DNA of 64,000 nucleotides from Dehalococcoidia bacterium (GCA_965219025.1 OZ244716.1:7812-71811), one strand, 5' to 3'; positions 27,027 to 36,928 are shown, counted from the stretch's first letter. Notes: generated by a model from the sequence alone, not told the origin. Numbers and translations: made by a program.

Positions 27027-28403
27027 ATGCAGGAAAGAGTAAAGCTAACCGACGCCCAGATAAACAAGGACCTTCTCCGCTCGATGATGGAGAACCCCCT
27101 GTGGTATTGGCTGCTGGTGGGCGTGCTCGGTTTGGCAGTTCTGGTGGCCTTCGGCGCCGTGGCGTACATGTTCAATCGCGGCCTGGGGGTAACCGGGCTC
27201 AACCGGCCGGTGATGTGGGGTTTCTTCATCACAAACTTCGTGTTCTGGATCGGTATCAGCCACGCCGGCGTCATGCTATCGGCCATCCTGCGGCTGGTGC
27301 AGGCGGAATGGCGGCGTCCGGCCACACGCGCAGCTGAGGTGCTGACCGTGTTCTCGCTCATGACGGCCATGACCATGCCGTTGATTCACGCAGGCCGGCC
27401 CTGGCGCGTCATGTACTGGGTCTTCCCGTTCGACTGGGCCAGAGGCATCTACCCCAACGTGCGGTCAGCGCTGGTATGGGACCCTGCTGCAGTGTTCACC
27501 TACCTGACCAGCAGCATTCTGTTCGTGTACATCGCTTTGGTACCGGACATTGCGGTTGCCCGGGACAGGACCACGGGATGGAGGCACGTCCTCTACACGG
27601 TGCTCGCCCTTGGATGGAGAGGAAGCGTGCGGCAGTGGAAACTGCAGCTGATTGCGGGCATCCTGCTCTCCGCAATCATTCTCCCGATATTCGTCTCTGT
27701 GCACAGCATAGTTTCTTGGGACTTCGCCGCGGCCGTGTCCGTCGAAGGTTGGCACAGCACCGTTTTCGCCCCGTACTTCGTCATAGGTGCGGTCCACTCC
27801 GGCGTGTCGGCAGTGGTGACGGTGATGATAATCCTGCGATCCATGTTCCGATGGCAGGACTACATCCGGCTGGAGCACCTCGACGCGCTGGCGAAGCTCC
27901 TGATTATCGTGGCGACCACATGGTTCTTCTTCTTCATCCTGGAGTTCTTCTTCGGGCTGTACAGCCTGGAGGGTCCGGAGATAGCGCTGAGGGAGATGCA
28001 GGTATTCGAGATGCCTTGGGCGGCGCTCTTCATCACCTTCCTGGTGTGCTCCTACTTCATCCCCGTGCCCATGTGGCTGTTCCGTTCGGTGCGGCGCAGC
28101 ATACCGCTGATGATATTCACCACGGTGCTCGTCAACGTGGGCATGTGGCTTGAGCGGTTCATCATCATCGTGCCTGGCCTGGCGCGCAAGCAGGGCCTCA
28201 CCTTCACGTGGGGCGGGTACACGCCCAGCGCGGTAGAGATCATCATCGTATTCGCCACGTTCTGCATGGTGTCGATGCTGGTGCTCCTATTTGCCAAGTT
28301 GTTCCCTCTAATCCCCATTGGGGACGCCAAGGAAGGCATGGTGCTCCAGGATGAGATCAAGATCGGAAAGGTAAACGTCCCGGCTATAATGCGGGAGGAC
28401 TAA
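27027..28403 (+). CDS. actC: ActC / NrfD-family quinol-binding membrane subunit
   Basis: WGFFITNFVFWIGISHAG, PLIHAGRPW, LVWD, SVHSIVSWDFA, GWHSTVFAPYFVIGAVHSG, GMWLERF. Confidence 0.9.
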   Translation: MQERVKLTDAQINKDLLRSMMENPLWYWLLVGVLGLAVLVAFGAVAYMFNRGLGVTGLNRPVMWGFFITNFVFWIGISHAGVMLSAILRLVQAEWRRPATRAAEVLTVFSLMTAMTMPLIHAGRPWRVMYWVFPFDWARGIYPNVRSALVWDPAAVFTYLTSSILFVYIALVPDIAVARDRTTGWRHVLYTVLALGWRGSVRQWKLQLIAGILLSAIILPIFVSVHSIVSWDFAAAVSVEGWHSTVFAPYFVIGAVHSGVSAVVTVMIILRSMFRWQDYIRLEHLDALAKLLIIVATTWFFFFILEFFFGLYSLEGPEIALREMQVFEMPWAALFITFLVCSYFIPVPMWLFRSVRRSIPLMIFTTVLVNVGMWLERFIIIVPGLARKQGLTFTWGGYTPSAVEIIIVFATFCMVSMLVLLFAKLFPLIPIGDAKEGMVLQDEIKIGKVNVPAIMRED

Positions 28404-28419
28404 TCCCCGGAGGTCCAGA

Positions 28420-28947
28420 ATGGCCAACAAGAACGTACTAGGACTATTCGACAACGCGGACACGGCGGCCGACGCCACCGACGTCCTCATGGAGGCGGGA
28501 TGCGCGCAGGAGGACTTCGACGTCCTGACCGGCAGCCCGTACCCTGACGGCGCTTTCGGCGAAAAGACGCCCGTTCACCACATCTACGTATTCCCCCTCA
28601 TAGGCGCGCTCATGGGCCTGAGCGTGGCCTTCCTGCTGACCTCCGGCACCCAGATCGCCTACCCCATAGTTACAGGCGGAAAGCCCATCCTCTCGTTCCC
28701 CGCCATGACCATCATCTCCTACGAGGGTACGCTTCTGGGCGCGGTCATCTTCACGATCCTGGGCATCATCTTCGAGTCCCGCCTGCCCAGGCCACGGCTC
28801 GACCCCTACGACCCTCGAATCACCGAAGGCTACATCGGTCTGCTGGTCACGTGCCCCGAGGAGCGTCTCGACGCGGTCGATCAGGCGCTCCGGCGCGGCA
28901 AGGCGGTGGACGTAATCCACGAGGGAGGCCGCTCATTTCAGGCATGA
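28420..28947 (+). CDS. actD: ActD (DUF3341) membrane subunit
   Basis: LGLFD, SPYP, GGKP..S.PA...I.YEGTLL, YDPRITEG. Confidence 0.85.
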   Translation: MANKNVLGLFDNADTAADATDVLMEAGCAQEDFDVLTGSPYPDGAFGEKTPVHHIYVFPLIGALMGLSVAFLLTSGTQIAYPIVTGGKPILSFPAMTIISYEGTLLGAVIFTILGIIFESRLPRPRLDPYDPRITEGYIGLLVTCPEERLDAVDQALRRGKAVDVIHEGGRSFQA

Positions 28948-29537
28948 TGACGCCCATGTCTAGAATACTCAGACTGCGCATGACAATTGCCGTAGCGGCA
29001 CTGCTGCTGACACTTGTCGCGGCGGGATGTCTGCCCCTTGGCCGGGGCGCATACCCGTTGGACATCTTCGCGGAGATGCACTACACCCAAATGTACAAGT
29101 CGCAGGAACCGCCGCGGCTATATCCGGCGCCGGGCGCAGTGCCGTTCATGGCGGTTGGCGACGGAGCGCTCACGGTTCCTGACGCGTCGCCTGCGATCAG
29201 CGCGGCTACCGCTGAGAAGGGCAGGGCGCTGTACGCCGTGAACTGCGTCGTCTGTCACGGCCAGGCCGGCACCGGCGACGGCCCAATGCGCGGGCACCTG
29301 GAGAGGATTGCGGGCGCTCATGCCCTCGTCCCGGCTGACGTAACCGGTGCCGGAACGGTGGCTGCCACAGACGCGGACCTCGTAACATTCATAGGCGGCG
29401 GGGGACGCATCGGGAACGCACTCCGGCAGGCCGGGCAGGTTGCCAACGCTCCAACTATGCCAGTGTTCAACAAGCTGTTGACCGAAGAGGAGCTTTGGAG
29501 CCTGGTTCGCTACCTGCGCGAACTGCAGGGCCAGTAG
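28944..29537 (+). CDS. actE: ActE-like monoheme cytochrome c lipoprotein
   Basis: Lipobox LVAAG|C, EMHY.QMYKSQE, a single CVVCH, distal Met in TMP. Start ATG 28944 overlaps the actD stop. Confidence 0.85.
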   Translation: MMTPMSRILRLRMTIAVAALLLTLVAAGCLPLGRGAYPLDIFAEMHYTQMYKSQEPPRLYPAPGAVPFMAVGDGALTVPDASPAISAATAEKGRALYAVNCVVCHGQAGTGDGPMRGHLERIAGAHALVPADVTGAGTVAATDADLVTFIGGGGRIGNALRQAGQVANAPTMPVFNKLLTEEELWSLVRYLRELQGQ

Positions 29538-29797
29538 ACGCCATCGCTCTCACGCACCGGGCCCGGTTCTCCGCCACGGCGCCAAGAACCATTCGCTTCG
29601 CACTCCTGTCGCGTCCCGTTCTCGCGGGCAAATTCGGATGCTCAATCGGTGTTTGCGTCGCCGACCGAGCATGACCCCGGCCTCCCCTTGGTCTGCCCTC
29701 GGTTTTCTGCGACAATATAGGTCGCCGGCGCGCGGCACGCGTCCACGACGCCTCCGGCAATCGGTCCGTTGACGCAGTAGCGGGAGGACTCAAGCGC

Positions 29798-31066
29798 ATG
29801 GAAACCACAGCAGTCGAGCGCACCTCGCGGCTGCGTGTGTTCACGGCCCTCAGACGCCCCGGCTTCCGCCGCTTCTGGATAGGCATGGTGGCGTCCGTGA
29901 TGGGCTTCCAGATCATGATGGTCGCCCAGGGCTGGCTGGTGTTCGACCTGACGGGTTCGGAGCTGTACCTGGGCTACGTGGGTCTGGCCGCTGGCCTGCC
30001 GGCGATTGTGCTCAACCTCATCGGCGGAGTGGTGGCCGACAAGGTGGACCAGCGCAAGCTGATAATCGTCACGCAGTCCCTCTCCAGCCTCATCATGCTG
30101 ACGCTGGCCACCCTCGTACTGGCCGACCTGGTGGAGATCTGGCACGTCATGCTCACGTCGTTCCTAATCGGCTCCGTGCAGGCGTTCGACGGCCCCACAC
30201 GCCAGGCGATGTTCCCGCGCCTCATCGAACGCGAGGACATGATGAACGCCGTCGCCCTAAACTCGATGGTGTGGCAGGGCACAAGGGTTATTGGGCCGGC
30301 GATTGGTGGCATAATCATCAGCACTCGGCTGGGCGCGTCTCCCGGATTCTACGCCGGATTCGTGGGCTTCCTTCTGATGGCAGTCATGGTCTCGACTCTG
30401 CGTCTGGCGCCCGCAGCCCGGTCTCAAGGTAGCTCAGTCCTCCGGGACATGGGCCGGGGCATCGGTTTCGTCCGCTCAAACCGCATATTCACCTTTCTGA
30501 TCGGCATGACGTTCTTCAACAGCGTGTTCGGCATGTCCTACATATTCATGTTTCCCGTCTTTGCGAGTGAGACTTTCGATTCGCCCAAGGCCGGTCTGGG
30601 GTTCTTGAACGCCGCCACCGGCTTGGGGGGGTTGTTGGGCACGCTTGTCACCGCTTCGCTGGGCAACTTCAAGCACAAGGGATGGCTTCTACTGGGCGGC
30701 GCGGTGCTCTTCGGGGTGTTCCTCATAGTCTTCGCTGTCACGAGCGAGGTCTTTGCGTTCCTGCCGCTGGCCTTGGTCCTCGTGTTCCTTGCAGGCGTGA
30801 GCACGTCCATATACATGATCACGGTGATGAGCACGCTACAGCTTCTTGTTCCAAACGAGCTTCGGGGACGCGTGATGGGCATCTACGGTATGACGTGGAG
30901 CCTGCTGCCCATTGGCGCCATGCAGGCCGGGGCCATTGCGGAGTACACGAGCGCGGCATTAGCCGTGGGAATCGGCGGCGCAGCGGTGATCCTGTTCGCG
31001 CTGGGCATGACGATGACCAGCCGGCAGGTCCGGGAGCTGGGCGTGCAGCTGGAGGCAGCTACCTGA
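29798..31066 (+). CDS. MFS transporter (DHA3/MFS_3-like)
   Basis: GGVVADKVDQRK motif A, 12 TM segments, PNELRGRVMG. Confidence 0.85.
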   Translation: METTAVERTSRLRVFTALRRPGFRRFWIGMVASVMGFQIMMVAQGWLVFDLTGSELYLGYVGLAAGLPAIVLNLIGGVVADKVDQRKLIIVTQSLSSLIMLTLATLVLADLVEIWHVMLTSFLIGSVQAFDGPTRQAMFPRLIEREDMMNAVALNSMVWQGTRVIGPAIGGIIISTRLGASPGFYAGFVGFLLMAVMVSTLRLAPAARSQGSSVLRDMGRGIGFVRSNRIFTFLIGMTFFNSVFGMSYIFMFPVFASETFDSPKAGLGFLNAATGLGGLLGTLVTASLGNFKHKGWLLLGGAVLFGVFLIVFAVTSEVFAFLPLALVLVFLAGVSTSIYMITVMSTLQLLVPNELRGRVMGIYGMTWSLLPIGAMQAGAIAEYTSAALAVGIGGAAVILFALGMTMTSRQVRELGVQLEAAT

Positions 31067-31185
31067 GCCGCGGCTGGTACGGCTTGCAAGACTCTTGAGA
31101 CGCCATTTCGCACCGTCTCTCTTCGTTAGGGTAGTCAGGCACAAAATTCGCCAATGAATATTAGAAGCGACTACAAATAATCTGG

Positions 31186-31677
31186 ATGAATCCCTTGTTG
31201 TTGCCTCCTGCAATAGCCCATCTATTGGCTTGGGCTGCGTTTCTCGGAGTGGTGTTTTGGCCTTACGGATACTCCGTAACCACTACATCCGAACTCCCGG
31301 GCGGCATTGTGAGGACTGTATTTGGGCACTCCCCGGGGCCCTTTAGGCGATACTTGGGACCGGAAGAAGTATTGCTGCTGCTTATGCCGGTGGCGCTTAC
31401 TGGATTGGCAGTCTGGCTCGCTTCGCGGCAAAGTGCCCAGTCAGAGAGGGCCAAGCTGGCAATGTGGCTTCTGGCAGCACTTTGCCTGGGATATTGTTCC
31501 GTTCCAATCTGGTTCATTGATGAGGTAGACCTCAGTTTCATCGGGGTGTTCTACCTACCGGCGGCGGTTGCATCGATTGTTTCGGTGATTATCGTAAGTG
31601 TGAAAACCAAACCAGCCCCGGATGTCACCTCAGAATCGCAATCTCCGGATAGCGGGAGCCACATTGAAGCGCAATAG
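31186..31677 (+). CDS. Hypothetical 4-TM membrane protein in an AT-richer patch
   Basis: Hydrophobic segments; composition visibly differs from flanks. Confidence 0.5.
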   Translation: MNPLLLPPAIAHLLAWAAFLGVVFWPYGYSVTTTSELPGGIVRTVFGHSPGPFRRYLGPEEVLLLLMPVALTGLAVWLASRQSAQSERAKLAMWLLAALCLGYCSVPIWFIDEVDLSFIGVFYLPAAVASIVSVIIVSVKTKPAPDVTSESQSPDSGSHIEAQ

Positions 31678-31809
31678 TCCTCGCTTGGTCCCTTCACTGT
31701 CACCTGGGAAGTAGCTACCCAACCCCCAAAGGCCTACCACACTTCACCACATTCGCTTCCGGCCGGTTGTGGGTACTTACTGCACATGGCTCATGCCCCG
31801 TACAACGGC

Positions 31810-31838
31810 TTGCCCTCCGACAACGGGGCATGTACAAT
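31810..31838 (+). promoter_or_regulatory. Sigma70-like rplS promoter
   Basis: TTGCCC-N17-TACAAT with TG extension; overlapped by inverted repeat CATGCCCCGT (31792-31801) / ACGGGGCATG (31823-31832). Confidence 0.6.
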
Positions 31839-31894
31839 ATCAGTCGCATCAAGCGCGGGTACGACGAATCTGCCCGCCTCGGAAGGACACTTCA

Positions 31895-32245
31895 ATGGAC
31901 TTAGACACCGTCATAACGCTTGCGCCCAACCCCAGGATTCAGGAGTTCCGGCCCGGGGACACCGTGAAGGTCAACATCCGCATCAAGGAGGGCGATCGGC
32001 AGCGCCTCCAGGCGTTCCAGGGCACGGTGATACGGAGCAGGGGCAGGGGAGCGGGGTCCACATTCACCGTTCGTCGGGTTTCGTACGGCATTGGCGTTGA
32101 GCGCACGTTCGCCTTTCACTCGCCGCTCGTGGAGTCTGTTGAGGTTGTGCGGCATGGCCGTGTGCGCCGGGCGCGCCTCTACTACCTGCGAGGCCGCTAC
32201 GGCAGGGCCGCTCGCATCAAAGAGGATCGAAACCGGGGTCGGTAG
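31895..32245 (+). CDS. rplS: 50S ribosomal protein L19
   Basis: [50 protein letters not shown]. Confidence 0.97.
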   Translation: MDLDTVITLAPNPRIQEFRPGDTVKVNIRIKEGDRQRLQAFQGTVIRSRGRGAGSTFTVRRVSYGIGVERTFAFHSPLVESVEVVRHGRVRRARLYYLRGRYGRAARIKEDRNRGR

Positions 32246-32292
32246 CGGCAGGGAAGCGAAGCCAACCAGCCCCAAGTGCAGGTCCGGCGCGT

Positions 32293-34713
32293 ATGACCAA
32301 GTATGCCGAGGTGGCCGTAGACGCCCCCGCGGGGTACAACCGCACCTTCACCTACTCCATACCGGACGGCATGCCGGTTGCGCAGGGTCACCTCGTGCGT
32401 GTGCCGTTCGGGCGGCGGGTCCTTTCGGGCTTCGTCTTTGATATATCGGACGAATCTCACGTCCCGCAAACGCGGGACATTCACAGGCTCGCGTACGGCG
32501 AGCCCGTATTGTCCTACCGAGACCTTGCCCTGGCCAGCTGGGCCAGCGAACACTACATGGCGTCGCTCTTCGACTGCGCGGCGCTGCTGGCGCCCCCTGG
32601 CCTCTCGCTGCGAGCGAATAGCTATGTGTCCCTGAGCCGGCCCGACGAGGAGCCCGGCAGGCTGACGCAGGCGCAGAGCAGGGTCGTGACGTACCTGAAG
32701 AGCAGGGGAAGGGTGCGGCGAGACACGCTTGTCAGGAGCCTGGGCCACGCGGCGGAGAGGGCGCTCGGCTCGCTCGCAGCCCGAGGCATCGTCGAGGGCT
32801 GGACCGAGATTCGACAACCCAAGACCGGCCCACTCTATGCCACCTATGTCGAGGCCGCGGAGCCATCGGTCACGCCGGAGCAACGGGCTGAACGTCTGGG
32901 CTCCCGCGCCGCCAAGCAGGCAGCCCTGCTCGACCACGTAGAGAGGCTGGGCGCGCCGATGCGCATGGCGGAAGCGACGAAGGCCTATGGCACCTCTGCG
33001 GTGAAGGGACTCGAGGGCAAGGGACTCCTGCGTCTCGTGCGCATTCGGGAGGACCGAGACCCCCTTGCAGGCAGGAGCTTCCCGCCCGACGAACCTCCCA
33101 GGCTAACACCGCGACAGAGGCACTGCGTGGGCCGGATCCGCAGCGCGATCGACGCGGGGACGCCGCGTGTCTTCCTGCTGCGAGGGGTCACGGCCAGCGG
33201 CAAAACGGAGGTCTACATGAGGGCGCTTTCGCACGCGCTGTCCCGCGGCAGGCGGGGCATTGTGATGGTGCCGGAGCTGGCGCTCACCCCGCAGACCATA
33301 GACAGATTCGGGCGACGATTTCCGGGACAGGTGGCGGTGCTCCACAGCGGCCTGTCGCGAGGTGAGCACTTCGACCAGTGGTGGCACATCCGCCAGGGCG
33401 GGTACGGCGTGGTGATCGGATCGCGGAGCGCCGTCTTCGCACCGCAGCCGGACCTCGGCATCATCGTCATGGACGAGGAGCACGAGTGGACGTACAAGCA
33501 GCAGGACACGTCGCCCCACTACCACGCCCGCGAGGTGGCGACAAAGCTGGCACAGCTTGCGAACGCCGTGGTCATCCTGGGCAGCGCCACGCCGGACGTC
33601 GTGTCCAACAGCCGGTCCATTGAGGGCGAATTCGAGCTGCTGGAGCTGCCTCACCGAATACGCACCTCGGACGCCGGCGAGACGCCGTTGCCCAGAGTGC
33701 GCGTCGTGGACCTGCGCCGCGAGTTGAAGGAGGGAAACCGCAGCATCTTCAGCCGGGCCCTGAGCCAGGCGATGGAGTTCGCGCTCCGCGAAGGCGAGCA
33801 GGTGATCCTCTACCTGAATCGCAGGGGCAGCGGCAGTCTCGTTCAGTGCAGAGACTGCGGTCACTCCATGCACTGCCGTCGCTGCGACCTGCCAATGACA
33901 TACCACGCCCAGTCTGGACGGCTGCTGTGCCATCGCTGTGGCCACAGGCAGAACTATCCGCAGGCATGCCCGCAGTGCCGAGGGCCTCGCATTCGCTATC
34001 TTGGACTTGGAACGCAGCGGGTCGTCGAGGAAGTGGAAAAGGAGTTCCCGGGCGTAAAGACGCTCCGTTGGGATAGGGACGCGGCCTCCACGAGGGGCGG
34101 CAACGAGCATGTGATGGCCGGCTTCCTGCGCGGCGACGCACAGGTGCTGGTGGGGACGCAGATGATCGCCAAGGGCCTCCACTTCCCGGACGTGACGCTC
34201 GTCGGGGTGATGTGCGCCGACATCGGGCTGTTCCTGCCGGACTACCGCGCTTCAGAGCGCGTCTTTCAGCTGCTGTGCCAGGTGGCAGGGCGCACCGGAA
34301 GAGGGCCACGCGGAGGTCAGGTCGTCGTGCAAACGTACTCGCCCGACCACTATGCTATTATGGCGGCCGCAGATCAGGACTACGAGCGGTTCTTCCAGGA
34401 AGAGCTTGCATACCGGGACGAACAGGACCTGCCGCCGTTCACCAACCTGATTCACCTGGTGTACGCGCATACCGGGCCCGACTACTGCCGCCGGCAGGCA
34501 ATCGCACTCGGCGAGTCGCTGAGGCGCGAGAAGCTGGCCTGGGGCATCACGGAAACGGACGTGCTGGGTCCGGCGCCGGCATACCCGCCTCGCGTGGGAG
34601 GTCGCTATCGCTGGCACATTGTGCTGCGCGGCCAGAATCCTCGTCAGCTGCTGGAGAAGGTTACGGTCCCTCCGGGATGGAGCGTGGACGTGGACCCGAT
34701 GTCCGTCATGTAG
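32293..34713 (+). CDS. priA: Primosomal protein N' (PriA)
   Basis: GVTASGKTEVY, MVPELALTPQ, DEEHE, Cys-rich Zn region, GTQMIAKGLHFP, QVAGRTGR. Confidence 0.96.
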   Translation: MTKYAEVAVDAPAGYNRTFTYSIPDGMPVAQGHLVRVPFGRRVLSGFVFDISDESHVPQTRDIHRLAYGEPVLSYRDLALASWASEHYMASLFDCAALLAPPGLSLRANSYVSLSRPDEEPGRLTQAQSRVVTYLKSRGRVRRDTLVRSLGHAAERALGSLAARGIVEGWTEIRQPKTGPLYATYVEAAEPSVTPEQRAERLGSRAAKQAALLDHVERLGAPMRMAEATKAYGTSAVKGLEGKGLLRLVRIREDRDPLAGRSFPPDEPPRLTPRQRHCVGRIRSAIDAGTPRVFLLRGVTASGKTEVYMRALSHALSRGRRGIVMVPELALTPQTIDRFGRRFPGQVAVLHSGLSRGEHFDQWWHIRQGGYGVVIGSRSAVFAPQPDLGIIVMDEEHEWTYKQQDTSPHYHAREVATKLAQLANAVVILGSATPDVVSNSRSIEGEFELLELPHRIRTSDAGETPLPRVRVVDLRRELKEGNRSIFSRALSQAMEFALREGEQVILYLNRRGSGSLVQCRDCGHSMHCRRCDLPMTYHAQSGRLLCHRCGHRQNYPQACPQCRGPRIRYLGLGTQRVVEEVEKEFPGVKTLRWDRDAASTRGGNEHVMAGFLRGDAQVLVGTQMIAKGLHFPDVTLVGVMCADIGLFLPDYRASERVFQLLCQVAGRTGRGPRGGQVVVQTYSPDHYAIMAAADQDYERFFQEELAYRDEQDLPPFTNLIHLVYAHTGPDYCRRQAIALGESLRREKLAWGITETDVLGPAPAYPPRVGGRYRWHIVLRGQNPRQLLEKVTVPPGWSVDVDPMSVM

Positions 34714-34727
34714 CGGCCCACATTGGA

Positions 34728-34756
34728 TTTACAGGGCGGTTGGGCCACACTATAAT
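34728..34756 (+). promoter_or_regulatory. Sigma70-like promoter upstream of def
   Basis: TTTACA-N17-TATAAT. Confidence 0.6.
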
Positions 34757-34836
34757 TGGGCAATGAGCCGACCCCAGGGCGGTCGCCTTTACCGGATCTG
34801 CGGGTTGCCGACATTCACAGCTCCAGGAGGCAGAGC

Positions 34837-35343
34837 TTGTCTCTTCTACATCTTCGAACGATTCCCGATCCTGTGCTGCGCCAGAAGGCAAGGCGAGTCA
34901 CCAAGATCGACGATGCCCTTCACCGGCTGATCGACGACATGATCGACACCATGCGGGAAGCCAACGGCGTGGGTCTGGCGGCGAACCAGGTGGGCGTGCT
35001 GCAGCGGGTTGTGGTCATCGAGATACCGGAGGAGGAGGAGGAGGTTCGAGTGCTCATCAACCCGGAGATCGTGCGCCGCGAGGGGGAGCGCGTGGTAGAG
35101 GAGGGATGCCTCAGTATTCCGGGCTACCGCGGAGAGCTGACTCGCTCTCTCAAGGTGCGAGTGCGCGCCTTGGACCGGGACGGCAATCCGGTACGCTTCA
35201 AGGCGGAGGGACTCCTGGCTCAAGCTCTGGAGCACGAGACCGACCACATCAACGGCACCCTCTACATCGACCACCTGGAGAGCCCGGAAAAGCTCTGGAA
35301 GCTGCAGGCACAGGCGGCCGGAGCCTCCTCAGAGGAAAGTTGA
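34837..35343 (+). CDS. def: Peptide deformylase
   Basis: GVGLAANQVG, EGCLS, HETDH; TTG 34837 follows AGGAGG. Confidence 0.96.
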   Translation: MSLLHLRTIPDPVLRQKARRVTKIDDALHRLIDDMIDTMREANGVGLAANQVGVLQRVVVIEIPEEEEEVRVLINPEIVRREGERVVEEGCLSIPGYRGELTRSLKVRVRALDRDGNPVRFKAEGLLAQALEHETDHINGTLYIDHLESPEKLWKLQAQAAGASSEES

Positions 35344-36884
35344 TCCCCCGGTCGGCTGGCGCGGCCTCTCGCATAACTCTCCCGGACCCGGCCATCGCGC
35401 CCCTACGTCAGCTGCGAGCCATCCTGGTGGACAGCGGCGCGGAGGCCTACGTGGTGGGAGGCTTCCTCCGCGACCTCATCCTTGGCATCCCAGCGACCGA
35501 CATTGACCTCGCGGTCAGGGGCAACGCCGTTGGGATCGCCCGCGACGCCGCGAAGGCGCTGGGCGGCGCCTTCGTGCTGCTGCACGAGGAACACGCCACC
35601 GCCCGTATCGTGCTCCCACGCATGGAAGCCGATCCGAGGCCTCGCTTCACACTGGACTTGTCCTCGTATTCCGGCAGCATCGAGCAGGACCTGACCGGCC
35701 GCGACTTCACCATCGATGCGCTGGCCGTTTCGCTGGATGACGCGCTCGCCTGGTGGGAGAGCGGCGACGCTTCGACAGGCGCGGACGGAAACCTGAACCT
35801 GCTCGACCCCTGCGGTGGGCTGGACGATCTCGCGTCCAAGCGCATCCGAGTGGTTTCGGACCACGCTTTTCGCAGCGATGCGGCACGCCTGCTGCGGGCA
35901 GTCAGGCTCAGCGCCAAACTCGGATTCACGATCGACGAGCAAACGCGTAACCGGATCAGACGCGACGCGCACCTGTTGACCAGCGTCGCCGCTGAGCGCC
36001 TGCGCGACGAGTTCCTGAAGACGCTGGCCGAGCCTGGCGCTACGGCCAGTCTGCGCCTCATGGACGATCTGGGTCTACTGTGCCGGCTCATTCCGGAGCT
36101 GGAGGAGGCCAGGAACGTAGAGCAGCCCAGGGAGCACTACTGGGATGTCTTCTACCACTGCCTGGAGACGCCGTCGCACGTGGAGCGCCTCATCAAGGGC
36201 AGAGGTGGGGGACAGGACAGCGTAATCGCAATCTCGCCGTGGCGTCCGCAGCTGGAGGCCCACTTCGACGAGGAGGTCAGCGACGGCCACATGCGCCTCA
36301 CGATACTGAAGCTGGCCGGCCTTCTCCACGACGTGGCCAAGCCGGCCACCAAGACGATCGACGACACCGGGCGCATGCGCTTCTTCGGGCACGACGCCCA
36401 GGGCGCGGACATTTGCCGGAGCATACTGCGGCGCCTGCGCATCAGCAGCCGCGGCGTCGACCTGGTGGCGGCAATGGTGCGACACCACCTGCGGCCCACA
36501 CAGATGCGACAGGGCGTGGACCTGCCGACGCCGCGCGCTGTCTATCGCTACTTCCGAGACTTGGGCGAGGCGGCGGTGGACACTCTGTACCTGAACATGG
36601 CAGACTACCTGGCGGCCAAGGGCCCGGCCGTGGAATCGGGCGATTGGGAAGGCCACTGCCGCTTGATCGCGCACATTCTCGAGGGCGGACTGGACCAGGA
36701 GGGCGCGCCACGGGCGGCGCCAAGGCTGGTGGACGGCAACGCGCTGATGGAGGCGCTGGGGCTGTCCCCCGGACCGCAGGTCGGACGGCTGCTGGAGGCC
36801 GTCGCGGAGGCGCACGGCGCGGGCGAAGTGGCCACGCGGGAGGAGGCGTTTGAGCTGGCGCGGCAGCTGATGGAGGCGGGGTAG
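35340..36884 (+). CDS. Class II tRNA nucleotidyltransferase with HD domain (probably CC-adding)
   Basis: VGGFLRD..DIDL, RDFTIDA, RLLRAVR, LLHDVAKP. TTG 35340 overlaps the def stop; the ORF extension to 35106 is not used. Confidence 0.85.
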   Translation: MIPRSAGAASRITLPDPAIAPLRQLRAILVDSGAEAYVVGGFLRDLILGIPATDIDLAVRGNAVGIARDAAKALGGAFVLLHEEHATARIVLPRMEADPRPRFTLDLSSYSGSIEQDLTGRDFTIDALAVSLDDALAWWESGDASTGADGNLNLLDPCGGLDDLASKRIRVVSDHAFRSDAARLLRAVRLSAKLGFTIDEQTRNRIRRDAHLLTSVAAERLRDEFLKTLAEPGATASLRLMDDLGLLCRLIPELEEARNVEQPREHYWDVFYHCLETPSHVERLIKGRGGGQDSVIAISPWRPQLEAHFDEEVSDGHMRLTILKLAGLLHDVAKPATKTIDDTGRMRFFGHDAQGADICRSILRRLRISSRGVDLVAAMVRHHLRPTQMRQGVDLPTPRAVYRYFRDLGEAAVDTLYLNMADYLAAKGPAVESGDWEGHCRLIAHILEGGLDQEGAPRAAPRLVDGNALMEALGLSPGPQVGRLLEAVAEAHGAGEVATREEAFELARQLMEAG

Positions 36885-36928
36885 GGGGGCCCAGAGGACG
36901 CGATAGCCAAGTGTGGTGTTCGGCAGAA

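Noticed and set aside
34764-34930. Out-of-frame ATG about 7 nt after the def -10 box (possible leaderless uORF overlapping def)
   Set aside because: No supporting coding signature; a chance ATG is likely and def has its own strong SD.
35106-35339. N-terminal extension of the nucleotidyltransferase ORF
   Set aside because: It overlaps def in another frame; homology starts after TTG 35340.
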